This document shows, piece by piece, positions 13,855 through 25,545 of a DNA stretch of 64,000 nucleotides. Numbering within the stretch: the stretch's first letter is position 1; the number at the start of each line of letters is the position of its first letter. Position numbers and translations under genes: made by a program. Below the pieces are notes generated by a model, which searched no databases, was not told the DNA's origin, and saw nothing but the letters and a program-made list of their open reading frames with translations. Source of the stretch: Vicugna vicugna (taxonomy: Eukaryota); the NCBI GenBank assembly GCA_013265495.1, contig MU058667.1:248001-312000 (forward strand), written 5' to 3'.

Positions 13855-14395
13855 TACATTAATAGAGGTGAGTTTTTAGAGCAGTTTTAGGTTCAGGGCA
13901 AAGTTGAGCAGTACGTGTGGAGTGTTCTGGTGATGCCCCCTCCCCCAACACCTCTTCCTGATTGTCAGCGTCCTCCAGCAGAGTGGTGGATTTGTTACAA
14001 TTGAAGAACCTACATTCCCACATCATTATCAACCAACGTCCACAGCTTACTCTAGGGTTTACTCCAAGGTTTACTTTTGGTGTTGTTCCTTCTGTGGCTT
14101 TTGACAAATCTACAGTGGTAAATATCCACCATTACAGTATCATACAAAGTAATTTCACCACCCTAAAATCCCCTGTGCTCTGTCTGTCTGTTCCTCTTCA
14201 TAAAGCATTAGCAACTACCAACCTTTTTAGTCTCTTTGCCTTTCCCAGAATGTCATGTGGATAGAATTATATGGTATGTAACCTTTTCGTATTGGCTTCT
14301 TTCACTTAGTAATATCCACTTCAGGCCCCACCATGTCTTACTGTGTGTGGCTTGATAGCTCTTTCCTTTTTAGTGCTGAATCATATTCCATTGTA
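13855..14395 (-). mobile_element. L1MC1/L1MC2-like 3' end
   Basis: ttttagagcagttttaggttca, cagagtggt..atttgttacaattga..aacctaca, ccattacagtatcatac, ttcaccaccctaaaatcccctgtgctc, gccttttcccagaatgtcat-like motifs. Confidence 0.85.
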
Positions 14396-14494
14396 TTCTG
14401 TTAGCTTTTAGGAATTGGAAAAGGCTTACATATGTTAGTGCTGTTACTTAAAACATTTTTAATTTTAATTTTTTTTCTTGCCAAGTAAAGTACA

Positions 14495-14575
14495 GTTATT
14501 CCTGTTCACACATGAGGAAACTAAGGTACAGAAAAATTCCTTAACTGAAAGGAACAGTTCAAATCTGGGTACTGA
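14495..14575 (-). mobile_element. MIR fragment
   Basis: Core atgaggaaactaaggtacaga. Confidence 0.5.
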
Positions 14576-15539
14576 ACTGTGGAAGATCTTGTTCCTGCTC
14601 TATCTTCCTGTCTTGGAGAAGGAAAATGAGATTGATATATATAAAATCTTATGTGTTGTGATTTTAAGTGCAACTTAATTTTTATTACTAATACTGTCTT
14701 TTTACCTCTCTCATCCATTGACATTTTTTGTATGGAAGATAAACTGCTTTTGGAAAAGAAAATGTAACAAGTTTGTGTAGTGTATATTGTCATTTTACCG
14801 AGGTTGTAACTAGCCTTAGTAGATGCAGTTTAAATTTCACTAACTTTAAGATTTCATGTGGTACAAAGTGTCCCTTGGCTTTCATCCTTCTATGATCTTG
14901 TGAATTACGTATCTTTCCTGATGCAGTCAGTGGATATAACATGGTAATTAAGGTGATTGTTAAGAAAGCCTGCTACTTGGACAAGTTAATTTTATCATAT
15001 GATGACAGCTAATGTCAGCTGTATATTATGAAGACCCCTACTTTGGGAAATGTGAGAAGTGATTTAGGTTCATGTTTAATGTGCTCTTTCTCTCATATTT
15101 TCGGAAAACTGATGCTAGAAAAAATTACATATATAATTATTACATTGAAAAATTTCACTTAGTTTACTAAAGTGTATTAATACTGAATTTATATTAAGCC
15201 ATTCAGGAACTTTATTTTAATGACCATTAAAAAGGTATTATACATGCTTCAAATTATAATAAAAATCTGTCATATGACTACATTTTCTTAGACATAGGAG
15301 ATTTAGAAACACATCTACACACACATGTGCACAGATACTTGTAGTTTTTATTTTAAAGAAAACTCTAAAAGTATTTCTTTCATTTCCGCTTTAGTAGTTT
15401 GCATTTTATTAACCTGTATAACTGTTGAGCAAGTGGCAAACCGTATGTGTATGTATATAAAATATACTTTTATATCGTGCGGATTGTGTATAACACGTTG
15501 CATATATATAATAATTGACATTTGTTGTCAAGCATTGTA

Positions 15540-16185
15540 ATTTATTTGTATGATTTTCTCATATAACATGGTATATAACCTACAAAGTAGATGCTGTTTT
15601 TATTTTCATTTTATAGTAAACTATGGCTTGAAATGAATTAATTGCCACATGATCATAGTCCTGATAAATAGAATATTGTCAAGACTTATGAAGGATCTGA
15701 GATTTTGTTTTATGCTACTTGAAGGCCAGCTTGTTTATGAAACTCTCCATAGGGTAATGGATGCTGGCAGAAGACACGAGATTTCTGGTTAGAGACTGAA
15801 GATTTACTCACAGCAATAGCAGTAGACAATACCACTTTTTTTGGGTTTTTTTTTGGTAATTCCTTGAGCTCCAGTTCTCCTAGGGTGGAGTGAAGAGGGC
15901 CAGGTGACACCTGCAAACATGGTATGTTGAATGATGAGAGAAGAACTCTGAGCCTGGGGGACCTAAATCATTTATAATAGTCAGTAAGCATGTCTTTTAG
16001 CGACAGAGAAAAAAACTGTGTCTTGGAAGTTGTTCATTGTGTACAGACATACTTAAAGAATAGTCTAGAACAAAAGATGAGTGCCTGTCTTATAAAATAT
16101 GCAGAAAATGAAAGGCCTATGCAGAATTTTTCCTCTTAATCATATGTTGGTGGAATGACTCCAGAGTGATTCTCTTAACTACTCT
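15540..16185 (-). mobile_element. MIR split by an LTR insertion
   Basis: MIR-like ttttcattttatag..ttgccacatgatcatag before 15677, resuming as tgactccagagtgattctcttaactact after 16142. Confidence 0.5.
15677..16142 (-). mobile_element. Solo ERVL LTR (LTR40-like)
   Basis: tgtcaaga..tgaaggatctgagatttt, atggatgctggcagaagacacgaga, actcacagcaatagcagtag, gaagagggccaggtgacacctgca, atagtctagaacaaaag match my recall of the reverse LTR40 consensus. Confidence 0.75.
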
Positions 16186-16249
16186 TTGTTGTCGTATCTC
16201 CTCAAGTAAAGAATTTTTGCCTTTATTCTATCTTTTCCTTTTCTCCTCT

Positions 16250-16900
16250 ATGTAGTCTTCTCTAGGCTCTTCTCAGTCATTCAAGATAATTTTTACAATT
16301 ATCCTTTTCTTTCCGCTTCACTGCCATTACCCATTTCTGGATTCTTGTCCTCTTTTGACTCAGTTATTGCAGATAATCTGGAGGTCTTGTCCCTTGCTCT
16401 CCTCCCACCTCTCTCATTCATTCTGTTTTTGGCTAAAATGCCTCTTTCTGAAAGTCCCTTGTGAATATAATAGGTTTACTTGGCCAATCTTTGTTCATGA
16501 ATGAATGTATTGAATATTCATATAAATTATCCATCAAATCCAGGCCCTTTGGCCTAGTGTTTAAGGCCATGTCTAGTTTGTTCCTTTCTTGTCTATTCAT
16601 CTTTCCTTCCCACTGCTTCTCTACAGAGCTCAGTGTAATACTTGTTTTTATAACTGTTCTTTTTTCATGTTGTTTCTTCCATCTGACATGCCCTTTGTAG
16701 TTCTTTTCTGAATTCCTCCTGTTCTGCTCTACTTGCTCCATGAAACTCTCTCAGCCAATACTGAATGTGCATTCTGTGAGCTCTTACCATGTTTTTCATC
16801 AATATTTATTGATTAATGCTAATTATCCTTTCATTAAAATTTTTGCTAGTTTTGTGTCTGGCAAAAGTAAGAGACTGTGTTATCTTTGTATACCTACTGC
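16250..16900 (+). mobile_element. Degenerate L2 3' region
   Basis: Pyrimidine-rich with cactgccattacc, aaatccaggccctttggcctagtgtttaaggcc, gactgtgttatctttgtatacct. Confidence 0.5.
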
Positions 16901-17326
16901 TGAATGAAGTGGTGGCTGTGATCTTCAGAAGAAGAAACGAGAAGTTCCTTGGATGAAAAAAAATGTGTAGAGATAGTTGTAAGAAGATATGGGAACATGG
17001 TTGAAACAAGGTTGTTTTAAGGAGTAATGTGAGGTGGGATGGGGTAAATATAAAACTGCTTGATGGAGTGGTGACTGGATTTTCAATAGGCAATAAGGAC
17101 CTCCTGTAGATATTTCAATAAGAGTGGTATGATGAAAGTGATGCATTAGGAAGACATGTCTGTCAGTTTCCTATGGATTAGGAGGATTAAATACTAAGAC
17201 ACCGGCTGGAAGATGTTTGCAGGTTTTACTGGTGGATAGCTATTTCTGATGGATGTATTGTGGGTAGTGTAGACAATACTTGGCAGGGTTCTGAGGCTGG
17301 AGTAGGATGGAGGCATTGCCATTTCT

Positions 17327-17481
17327 GAAGAGCAACATAATTTTTTTTTATAATATATAAACCTTTATTTATATTTTTATTTCGGTATTAGTATATGTGA
17401 AACTCTCCATAGTACCCCTTTTCCTAGATCTAAGTGTCATGGTATTTGTCCTATCACCATGTGGCGAAGAGCAACATAATT
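17327..17481 (-). mobile_element. Short retroposed poly(A) insert of unknown source with perfect TSD
   Basis: GAAGAGCAACATAATT at 17327-17342 and 17466-17481 flanks about 123 bp; T-run at the left end; AATAAA on - strand at 17364-17369 and 17376-17381. Confidence 0.85.
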
Positions 17482-19404
17482 AAACACCACAGTTTATGTA
17501 AAACTTTGGTATCCTTTCAAAGTTGGATGCAGCAAGCTATGTTATCACCGTATTTTTAAAGGATACCACTTAAAAATTACTTAACATTTGTGATGCCAGT
17601 GTCATGGGCCCTAGATTTATACAGATGATTAAGACAGTCTCCTGTTTTCCAAACCTAAGGTAAAAGTTGGCTGAACATATTAAATTAGATTCTGTTCTTG
17701 TTCTGTATCCTGTTCCTTGTCCTGAGTCCACATGACGTGCTCTGCCCCTCACTGGTTCTGAACGTGCCGCTCCTTGTCAGAGGATAGGGAATTGGCAGTT
17801 AGGAGGAACCGCGGGTGCTTTGGTGAGTCTTCGTCCTCCCCAAGGTCACAGAGATAGCCTCTTTGGCAGACAGGCTCGGTGGGTTGGACATGGGGCTCAC
17901 CACCTTATTGCTAATCATAATAAATCTTCATTTTCCTTTTATCTCTAGGTCTAGCTGGTCATTTATGTTTGCACAGGTGGGTGTAAACTACTGTGCTAGT
18001 CATTTAAAATGTGATTCATTTTGCAATGCGTTTGTTGAAACACAGCTTTGTGGTAACATTTCATAGAGTGAGGAAATAATGTGCATCTGGTTTGAGAAGA
18101 CCATGCTCTGTTCCAGATTGTTGGCAGAACTTCAGAAATTGCATCTGAGAGTAATATGTAGTAATTTGTGAAATGCTGTGATTTAGTGTTATGTAATACT
18201 TAAGTAATACTTGTCTGTATATAGTGGATAAAAACTGAGAATTGTGAAGATTTGTTATAATTAATTTCAAATTATTCTGGGACTATAGAAAGGCAAATAA
18301 TAGTACATTTAACTCATTCAGGAATTTTTAAACATTATGCTCTTTTCTTCCCATCTCTTGGTGCAGATTGCTAATGTAAATTGTTGAGAGATGAAGATTG
18401 GTTAAATGAAACAGTGTAAAACCAGATCTTACAGCGAAGGCAAATTTCTCTGCAGTATCCACAGTAAAACCTGTGGTAGTGTTGCCCAGAGGCTAATCAG
18501 AAACATCTGTTATGAATATTCACATTTAATGTTTAAGATACATGTAATGTGGTTCACCAGAATAAAAAGTTTAGTCTACACAAGTGTGGTATTTAAAGGT
18601 ATTTTGGCAGGATACCAATAGTTTAAAAACCATTAAAGCAGGAACAGTTATTCTGGGGATCTCATTTTCATTTTTACTTAAGTTTAGTGTACATATTATA
18701 ATTGCAGTAGATTACGTTTTAAACTTAAGATTGTCTCATGCCTGGATTCCTTATTTTAATACGTGTTTTAATTCAGTATGTGTAGTAGAAACTGTGTTGG
18801 TCAGCATAGCCCACCTGAAAGGTAAGGTTAATAAAGATTCTCTCTGCCTAGTTTGCTGTGTTGCCGGAAGAACTCATGAAAACATGCATTTTATCTAGGA
18901 CAAGACATGAGGAGACGGTACCTTCCAAGCTAGTAGCAGTGATTTTTCTAATAAAATTTATCGACGAGTATGGAACAGAATGTTAGGGTAATGAAACAAA
19001 GGATGAGGCAAAGAGGTCGGAAACTTTTCAGACCTTGCAGCTCAGATATATTTTAGTTTGGAGCCCTGAGCTATTTGCTTTGGACACTGGGTTCTCGGGG
19101 TGGACTCTGCAAGCCACGTTAAGGGTCAACTTTGCTTACAAAGCTTTTCCTGGGGTTTGTGAGATTAATAATTCTGCTTCTACATTGTCCTTGGAAATTC
19201 TGCTGTGATCCTCTTCCCTTATGGCTCTGTCCTGTGATTCTCTGTGATCTTTGCTGTACCTGAAGTAGTTTTATTGGACTTTCCAGGTGTCCCTGAGACC
19301 TCTCTCTGGGATTCAAGGACCACATGTTGTGGGTTTAGTGGTTTGTTATCAGCTGCCATTGTGTACTTAATTGAGAGCATAACATCTCTCCAAGCTATAG
19401 AGTA

Positions 19405-19643
19405 ACAATAGCCACCACCATTTATTGAACCTCATCCTTGTGTCAAGTGCTTTATCAAGGTGCTAAATGCTTTACCTAGTTCACTATTTTATTAAGTACT
19501 CAAAACAGCTCTAAAGATAGGCATTCTTTGCCCCAATTTATAAACATAAAACTGAGGCTCAGAGAGGCTATCTCACTTGCCCAAGGCCACATACGGTAAG
19601 GACTTCAAAGCATTAGTACTTTCCAGAATAAGACACTGCCTCT
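19405..19643 (-). mobile_element. MIR
   Basis: accatttattgaac..gtgctaaatgctttac..aaactgaggctcagagagg..acttgcccaaggccaca. Confidence 0.85.
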
Positions 19644-19856
19644 TGGAATATGAAATTTTTAATGAAGTTAGATTTTGGTATGTCATATTACTGTTTATTA
19701 CCATCACATAACTATATACTTTTCACTTATACCAAGTTTATTGACTTTTAAAAACAGAGCTATTACTGCTATGGCTAAGTTCTATATTCTTGTATTCCTA
19801 GTCACCCTGTTTTCATGGACTTAGTAAGATCCGTAGAGTGAAAAGCGTAATGAAGA

Positions 19857-19892
19857 GGATTAGGAAAAGAACGTGGATTAGGAAAAGAACGT
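19857..19892. repeat. Perfect 18-bp tandem duplication (GGATTAGGAAAAGAACGT x2)
   Basis: Directly visible. Confidence 0.95.
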
Positions 19893-20412
19893 AGAATCGG
19901 GACGCCGCAAGAACCTTTACAGAACTTGGTAGCTTCGACTCAGCTGCTCGCTTGAGTTGCTGTGCTTTGCCTTCCCTTTGTCTATTCGTTTTAAAGATCA
20001 GTTAGTTGGTTGGGAGATGGAGGTTGGGAAGAGAGGGAATATTTTAAAAGATCGGTTTTTTACTCACTGTTTCCTGTTGAGCCCTTGTTTGTAAAGATTG
20101 CCAGGTATAAAGCACTGGAATTCTCTTGCGGTAGTACAGCAGGGTAGTCAGTTGCTAAAGGAAGGGGCTCTTTGACTTCATAGCGGTGAGATCTTGGGTG
20201 TGTTTATTAAGGTGAAGTGGGCATAGTGAGATCTGCTCATATGATTATTAAGAGGATGAAATCGGGTATTGTGCATCTGACTATCCATTTGTAGGTTTGA
20301 TACATAGCAAACACTCAATAGCTGATAGTGAATATTAACAGGTTGTATAGTTAGGCTGCATAAAAGCCATTGGATTTTGAATACAATTTGTAGACCTCTT
20401 TCCATTTTGGAT

Positions 20413-20774
20413 TATTAAAAGATAACTGAGGCATGTTAAATTTTACTAGCGTTTATATGAGCAAACATCAATTCTAACTGGGCAGTGCCAAACTGTCAGT
20501 GGTTAGGAGTGCTCTGGAGTAGGGGAAAGGCTTTTAAACAGCAGACCTGGAAGCAGTGCGAGGAGATTATTTGATTGGCTGTAGCTTAAGCTGTTGCCTT
20601 CTTTGAGAAAGCCTAGTTAGTTGGCTTGTGATTGATTGTTCTTAGCTTTCTCTTTCTTAACTCAAAGCCTTTTACAGGAAATTATCCTGGCTTAGGTTTT
20701 GGTTTGCTTACGTAGGCTGCCAAGGCATTAGAGCCACCTCCACCTAAAGGCTTCCTTGTTTAATTACTTTATAA
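20413..20774 (-). mobile_element. Solo ERV1-class LTR (MER41/MER57-like group)
   Basis: tattaaaagataactgaggca..gtttatatgagcaaa..gggcagtgccaaac..gtggttaggagtgct, CCAAT on - strand (tgattggc), ends with ccttgtttaatta. Confidence 0.65.
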
Positions 20775-21894
20775 TGCTGAAATGAACTCTTCTGCATTTT
20801 TTTTCCCTTGGCAGTAAATAGTAATAACTATGAATACGTCTTGCCCCAATTGTGAGAGTCATAAAATGGATTAGCGCAGAGATATGTAATTAAAGGTTCA
20901 GAATGATTCCTAGGTAAGAACAAAATTTGACTGAAGTATAATTGAATTTATCAATAATGCCAAAGGAGAACTTTGTAAATTTCAGAGGGTACTGGTCATT
21001 CAAAAAAGGGAGGACCAGGAGTGGTAGGCAGATCAGAGGTTAGCAGTGCCAGTACAGAAGGGAACACCATGGCCCCAGAATATGAACGTTCTGTCTGTGA
21101 TAGGTGTATATCCACTGATTTATAGAAATGGTGGTTTTTTTTTTTTAGCTTGACATCACTATATATTCGAACCTTAATTAACTCATCTTGCCCTGATCAC
21201 CAGTTCCCCAGTAAATCTTCTGATTATAATTAGGCTTCTTATGAAGCTTATGTTCAGGGGGAGTATTCATTGATAAGAGCCTAGAGTGTATAGTCCCTTT
21301 GATAATTAAATTTCATAAATTCATTTTGGCTAGAGGTGTCTCTGACAGCTTTATTGATGTCAGTAAGTATTGGTAAAACAGGTCTCTTTCCATGCTAAGA
21401 GGTTAGATTTCTTCGTCTGCCTGCACAGAGCCAACCTGGTGCTTCTCTCGTAGTCTCCCACGGAAGGTGTGCCACCAGATTTTAATAAACACAGACTTCT
21501 GTTGCTGCACCTCTGCAACAGCAACTGTTCTGCTGTGGCAGCCTGTGGCAGAACACTGAGCTGAATGAATCACGAGGAGTGATGCAACCTGGGGCACCTG
21601 AGAGTGTCATGAGAAGCCAGCACCAAGGAAGGATTTCTGGACCATTTGAGAACTTTGCCTCGAGAGTAAATCATTCTTAAGAGTTAGAAGAGTGTCCGGT
21701 TACACCCAGAGACTACAATAGAGCAAGTTTCAAGTCTCCAAACTTGTGCGTAATGTTACCTGTTGTTCTCTACTGCACCCCAGCATGACAGTATGTGTTC
21801 AGTAAGTTTTTGTGAAATGAGTGAGTAGGATGAATATTTCATCAGTGTTGAATAGGAGGTCAGCTGTGGACCTATACAACATAGAAGACACTTT

Positions 21895-22110
21895 CTTTTT
21901 TTAAAAAAACACACCTTATTGAGGTGTAATTGACATTAAATAAGCTGTTCATATTTAAGGTATACAACTTGATGAGTTTAGAGATAAATAAACATCTATG
22001 AAACCATCACCACAATTAATACCGTAAACGTAGCTATCACCTCCAAAATTTCTTCCCGCCTTCTTTGTTCTTTGTTGTTGTTGTTTTTTGCAGAGCACAG
22101 CCTTTAATCG
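21895..22110 (-). mobile_element. L1MA9/L1MB1-2-like 3' end
   Basis: cttattgaggtgtaattgaca..catatttaaggtatacaacttgatgagttt..tgaaaccatcaccacaat..tatcacctccaaaatttc. Confidence 0.85.
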
Positions 22111-23399
22111 TATAAAGATGCATATTTTGGCTGATAACACATCTATTGTCCTGTTCTAAATGGCGACTGAAAAAGATCTTATAGCTGTTCAGTTGCAACA
22201 GAAAGCCTGTGCAAGTGAACTATGACTTCAGTCTTTCCTTCCCGTTACATTCCATAATGATGTGATGTAGGAAAATAGAGTTTAAGTACCTAAAGTGAGA
22301 CTAAGAACGAACCCTTTTATGGGAACTGTGAGGTGTTGCTCTATTGTAGTAAGAGTTGTAGCATTGCTGACGCTAGTGTTGTTCTGAGTCTTAATTCCGG
22401 AGTGCTCTGAGAACCCTAAAAGGCTGAGAGCCTCTGTTCTAGGCTGTAAAGCAGTCCCACTCGGGACGTGGGGCCCCACCAGGTGATCTTCTTCAGGTAC
22501 TTTGCCAGTGAGAACCAGCCTGTTTTCAAACTCCTGTGTACTTACAGTAGGATTGGCGATAGGTGTGCTGAAGTCTGAGTCACAGAAGACCTGTGTTGGG
22601 AACTTCTTTGTAGGCTGTGCTATAGATTATCAAGTGAAGGAGAGCCTTCTTTAAGGAGAACACACACTGCCTATGCAGATCAGACTCTCTGACCCTTTTT
22701 TTAATTTTAATTTTCTCTTGGCTATGGCACCAGGTTATGAGGCAAGAAATATACAGGCTAGTAATTTTGGTGTTTGCTTAATTAAGTAGTCTTATTTTAA
22801 GTATTTAAAACACTTTCCTTTAAATTACATCACTATGGAATGTTGTGGGAAGGAAAGGCCGAAGCTATGGTTCACTTATGCAGTTTCTGCTGTTACAACA
22901 ACTGATTAGTTATAAGATATTTTTTAGCCAACATTTTGAATAAGGTATTGGAGTAAAATGTATTAGCAGCCAAACTATGCATCTTTATTAGGTCATTAAA
23001 AGGTATGTTCTAGGTTTTATATATCCATAATTAACTTTCTGTTCAACACTGTTGGAATATACACAGAAATATAGATGCTAAGGAATTTTTATTCTATTAC
23101 CTATTATAATTTCTAATATATATCTAATACCAATAGAATCCATTGTTACTTCATGGTACAAAGCCCCGAGTTTTCTCTGAGTTTTGGATTCATGAAAATA
23201 TTTTAAATTGTTTTTGATTAAATTGTTTCCAAAAGGTGTCACATATGTTTCATTATTAATTAGAACATATTAAACAACTTAAGTAATTCATTATTAATAT
23301 GAACTGTTTTATAATACCATATTTATACATTGAGGACCTATCAAATTTTGTAGGACTCTTTACACTAAATGATTGACAGGTGACTATTAATTTTGATTT

Positions 23400-23825
23400 T
23401 GGTTACTCATTATTTATTGCTTTGTGATGGACCACTTTAAAATGTAGTGGCTTTAAAACAGCAGCCATTTTATTTGCTTGTGATTCTGTGTATCAGTAAT
23501 TTAGTCTGGGCTTAGCGAGACAGCTCTACTGGTCTCTCCCTTCCTGGTCTCAACTTCAAGTTGGCTAGCCTGGGCTTCTTTAAATGATGGTCTCAAGGTT
23601 CCCAGAGGTGAGAGTGGAGCCTAGGCTTGGGAGTCACACAGTGTCACTTTGGCTACATTCTGTTGGTCAGAGCAAATCATGGGCTAACCCAGGAAGGGAG
23701 AGGGGCTAGTCTCCACTTTTGTCTCTAGCTCTAATAATCAGAGCAGCAAAGTCGATTGCATGGGGCTATGCGTGCATGGGTGGGAGAAATCATCGTGGCC
23801 AGCTTCGCAAACAATGTATCGTTCT
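23400..23825 (-). mobile_element. MaLR LTR (MLT1F/H-like)
   Basis: tagtggctttaaaacagc..ttgcttgtgattctgtg..ggctagcctgggcttctt..gtcacacagtgtcactt..attctgttggtcagagcaaatca..tggccagcttcgcaaacaat. Confidence 0.8.
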
Positions 23826-25059
23826 TAACATTTTTTTTCTTTTGCTTTTAACTGTTACTTCATTATTATTTTTATGCCTTCCTCTAGCATCTCCTCTGTT
23901 TTCCCTCCTATGCCGATTTTGCTACTATATTTTTAAAAATCACTTAAGTCACATTAGAATGTGCTAGAATGATACGTAAACTAAGAAACTGACTTCCTTT
24001 GAGAAAGGATCTGAGATATTCTACAAATCAAGTGTATGGTAGTTGTGGAATCTTTCTTTCCAGTCTCTGAACTTTCTTTCCATCTCTACTGTGTGCCAAG
24101 ACAGTGTTTTCTGACATATTCTTGACAGATTCCCAGAGTTCTGCAGGGCTTCCAGGAACTGCTGTGTAATGTGGTGTGGGAGACAAAGCATAGAGAGAAT
24201 TTCTACATTCAGGCAGAGAATTTCTGCTTTCATTTATTTTATTTATAGTGTTTACAAATCTGATTTTGTTTGAACAGAGAATTTCTTGGCTTAAAAAACA
24301 AAGCCACCTTTTAGGTGATTAGACATGTTGGCTAGCTGTGTTTGGGATATACGAGGTTAATTATACAGTTAAAACACCAATGATTTAAGGCTTAGAAAAA
24401 TATTTTTGCCTTAAGCCATTTCTAGAATATGTTTCCTAAGTGGGAAATTTGTAGGCTTTGATTTTGTCAGATACTTTAAAAACATATTCTAGAACTTAAC
24501 ACCCTCCAAATTCAGAGCATCAATTACACAAAAAAAGTTATATACAATTAAGCACTAACTTATAACTAAGAAAGCAGTGAATATAGTAAAACAGCAAAAT
24601 GAAAAGTCAGTGTATTGAAGGAGGCATACCATATACCAATGAGGAAGTAGATTTTTTTAATTAAAAACTTTATCAGAAATTGACTGCCTATTTAAGTGAA
24701 AAAGAGATAGTTAGAAAAGTAATAAGTTATTCCGTAAGTCACAGGTGTATTTTGGGGGATATGAAAGTTTAAATGAAAAAAACAAAAGCGTTTATAAATG
24801 TTGCTGTAAACGCGTATACGATCCAGGGCTGGACCTGTCTGGTGCTGGGAGATAGTCCATTTTATCTCTATCTCCATGGGATGGCTTGGGCGACTCCTTG
24901 ACCACTGAGTACATAAAATGTTGACTGAGATCACTTATATGTCTGTGGTGCTTCTGACCTACAATGTGATCAAGGTATAGAAGTTATTATATTTGAAGGC
25001 CTGGTTTTGTAGAAGAAAGATTCGTTTTCTATGAAGATAAGAGTTACAAGTATAATTTA

Positions 25060-25285
25060 GAGAAAAGCAGATTTCATTGCAGTAGGGAGGAAGAATTTTC
25101 ACATAGAACTGTCCAAAAAATGGATTTGGTTCCCTGGTAAAGTTGAGAGTTTCTCATTCTGGGAGAGTTTTTAAGCCAAGACTAAATAGTGATCTTTTAA
25201 TGGTCATTGCAGAAGGGATTCAGGTCACAGAGAAAGGGTTAGGTTTGATAGTTCTTAGGGTTTTATTACGCTAAGATTGTATGAG
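25060..25285 (+). mobile_element. L3/CR1 3' end
   Basis: agaactgtccaaaaaatgga..gagtttctcattctgg..tttaagccaagacta..gcagaagggattc..taagattgtatga. Confidence 0.65.
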
Positions 25286-25321
25286 TGGTCCAAATAAAGC
25301 ATCTCTTGGTTTCCTTTAGGC

Positions 25322-25545
25322 CAGTGGTTCCAGCTGTGGGCAATTTTGTACACCCTCCAAGAAATGTTTGTTGGTGCCTGATTGTCCTCACTAGGGGAGG
25401 GGTTTGCTGTCGTCATTTGTGGGTAAAGGCCAGAGACGCTCTGAATGTCCACAGTGCACAGGACAGCCCCCCACCTCCCTACCTGCCAGCAACAAAGAAT
25501 GATCCACTCCCAAATGTCACTGGTGCCCTGGGCGAGAAGCTCCGG
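25322..25545 (+). mobile_element. MER20 (hAT-Charlie) DNA element
   Basis: cagtggttc..gggcaattttg..tgggtaaaggccagagacgct..acagtgcacaggacagccccc..caacaaagaatgatcc..cccaaatgtca..gagaagctccg. Confidence 0.85.

Noticed and set aside
15738..17412. Exact 15-mer TGAAACTCTCCATAG shared by the LTR (15738-15752) and the orphan insert (17398-17412)
   Set aside because: Similarity does not extend on either side, and a few exact 15-mer pairs are expected by chance in 64 kb.
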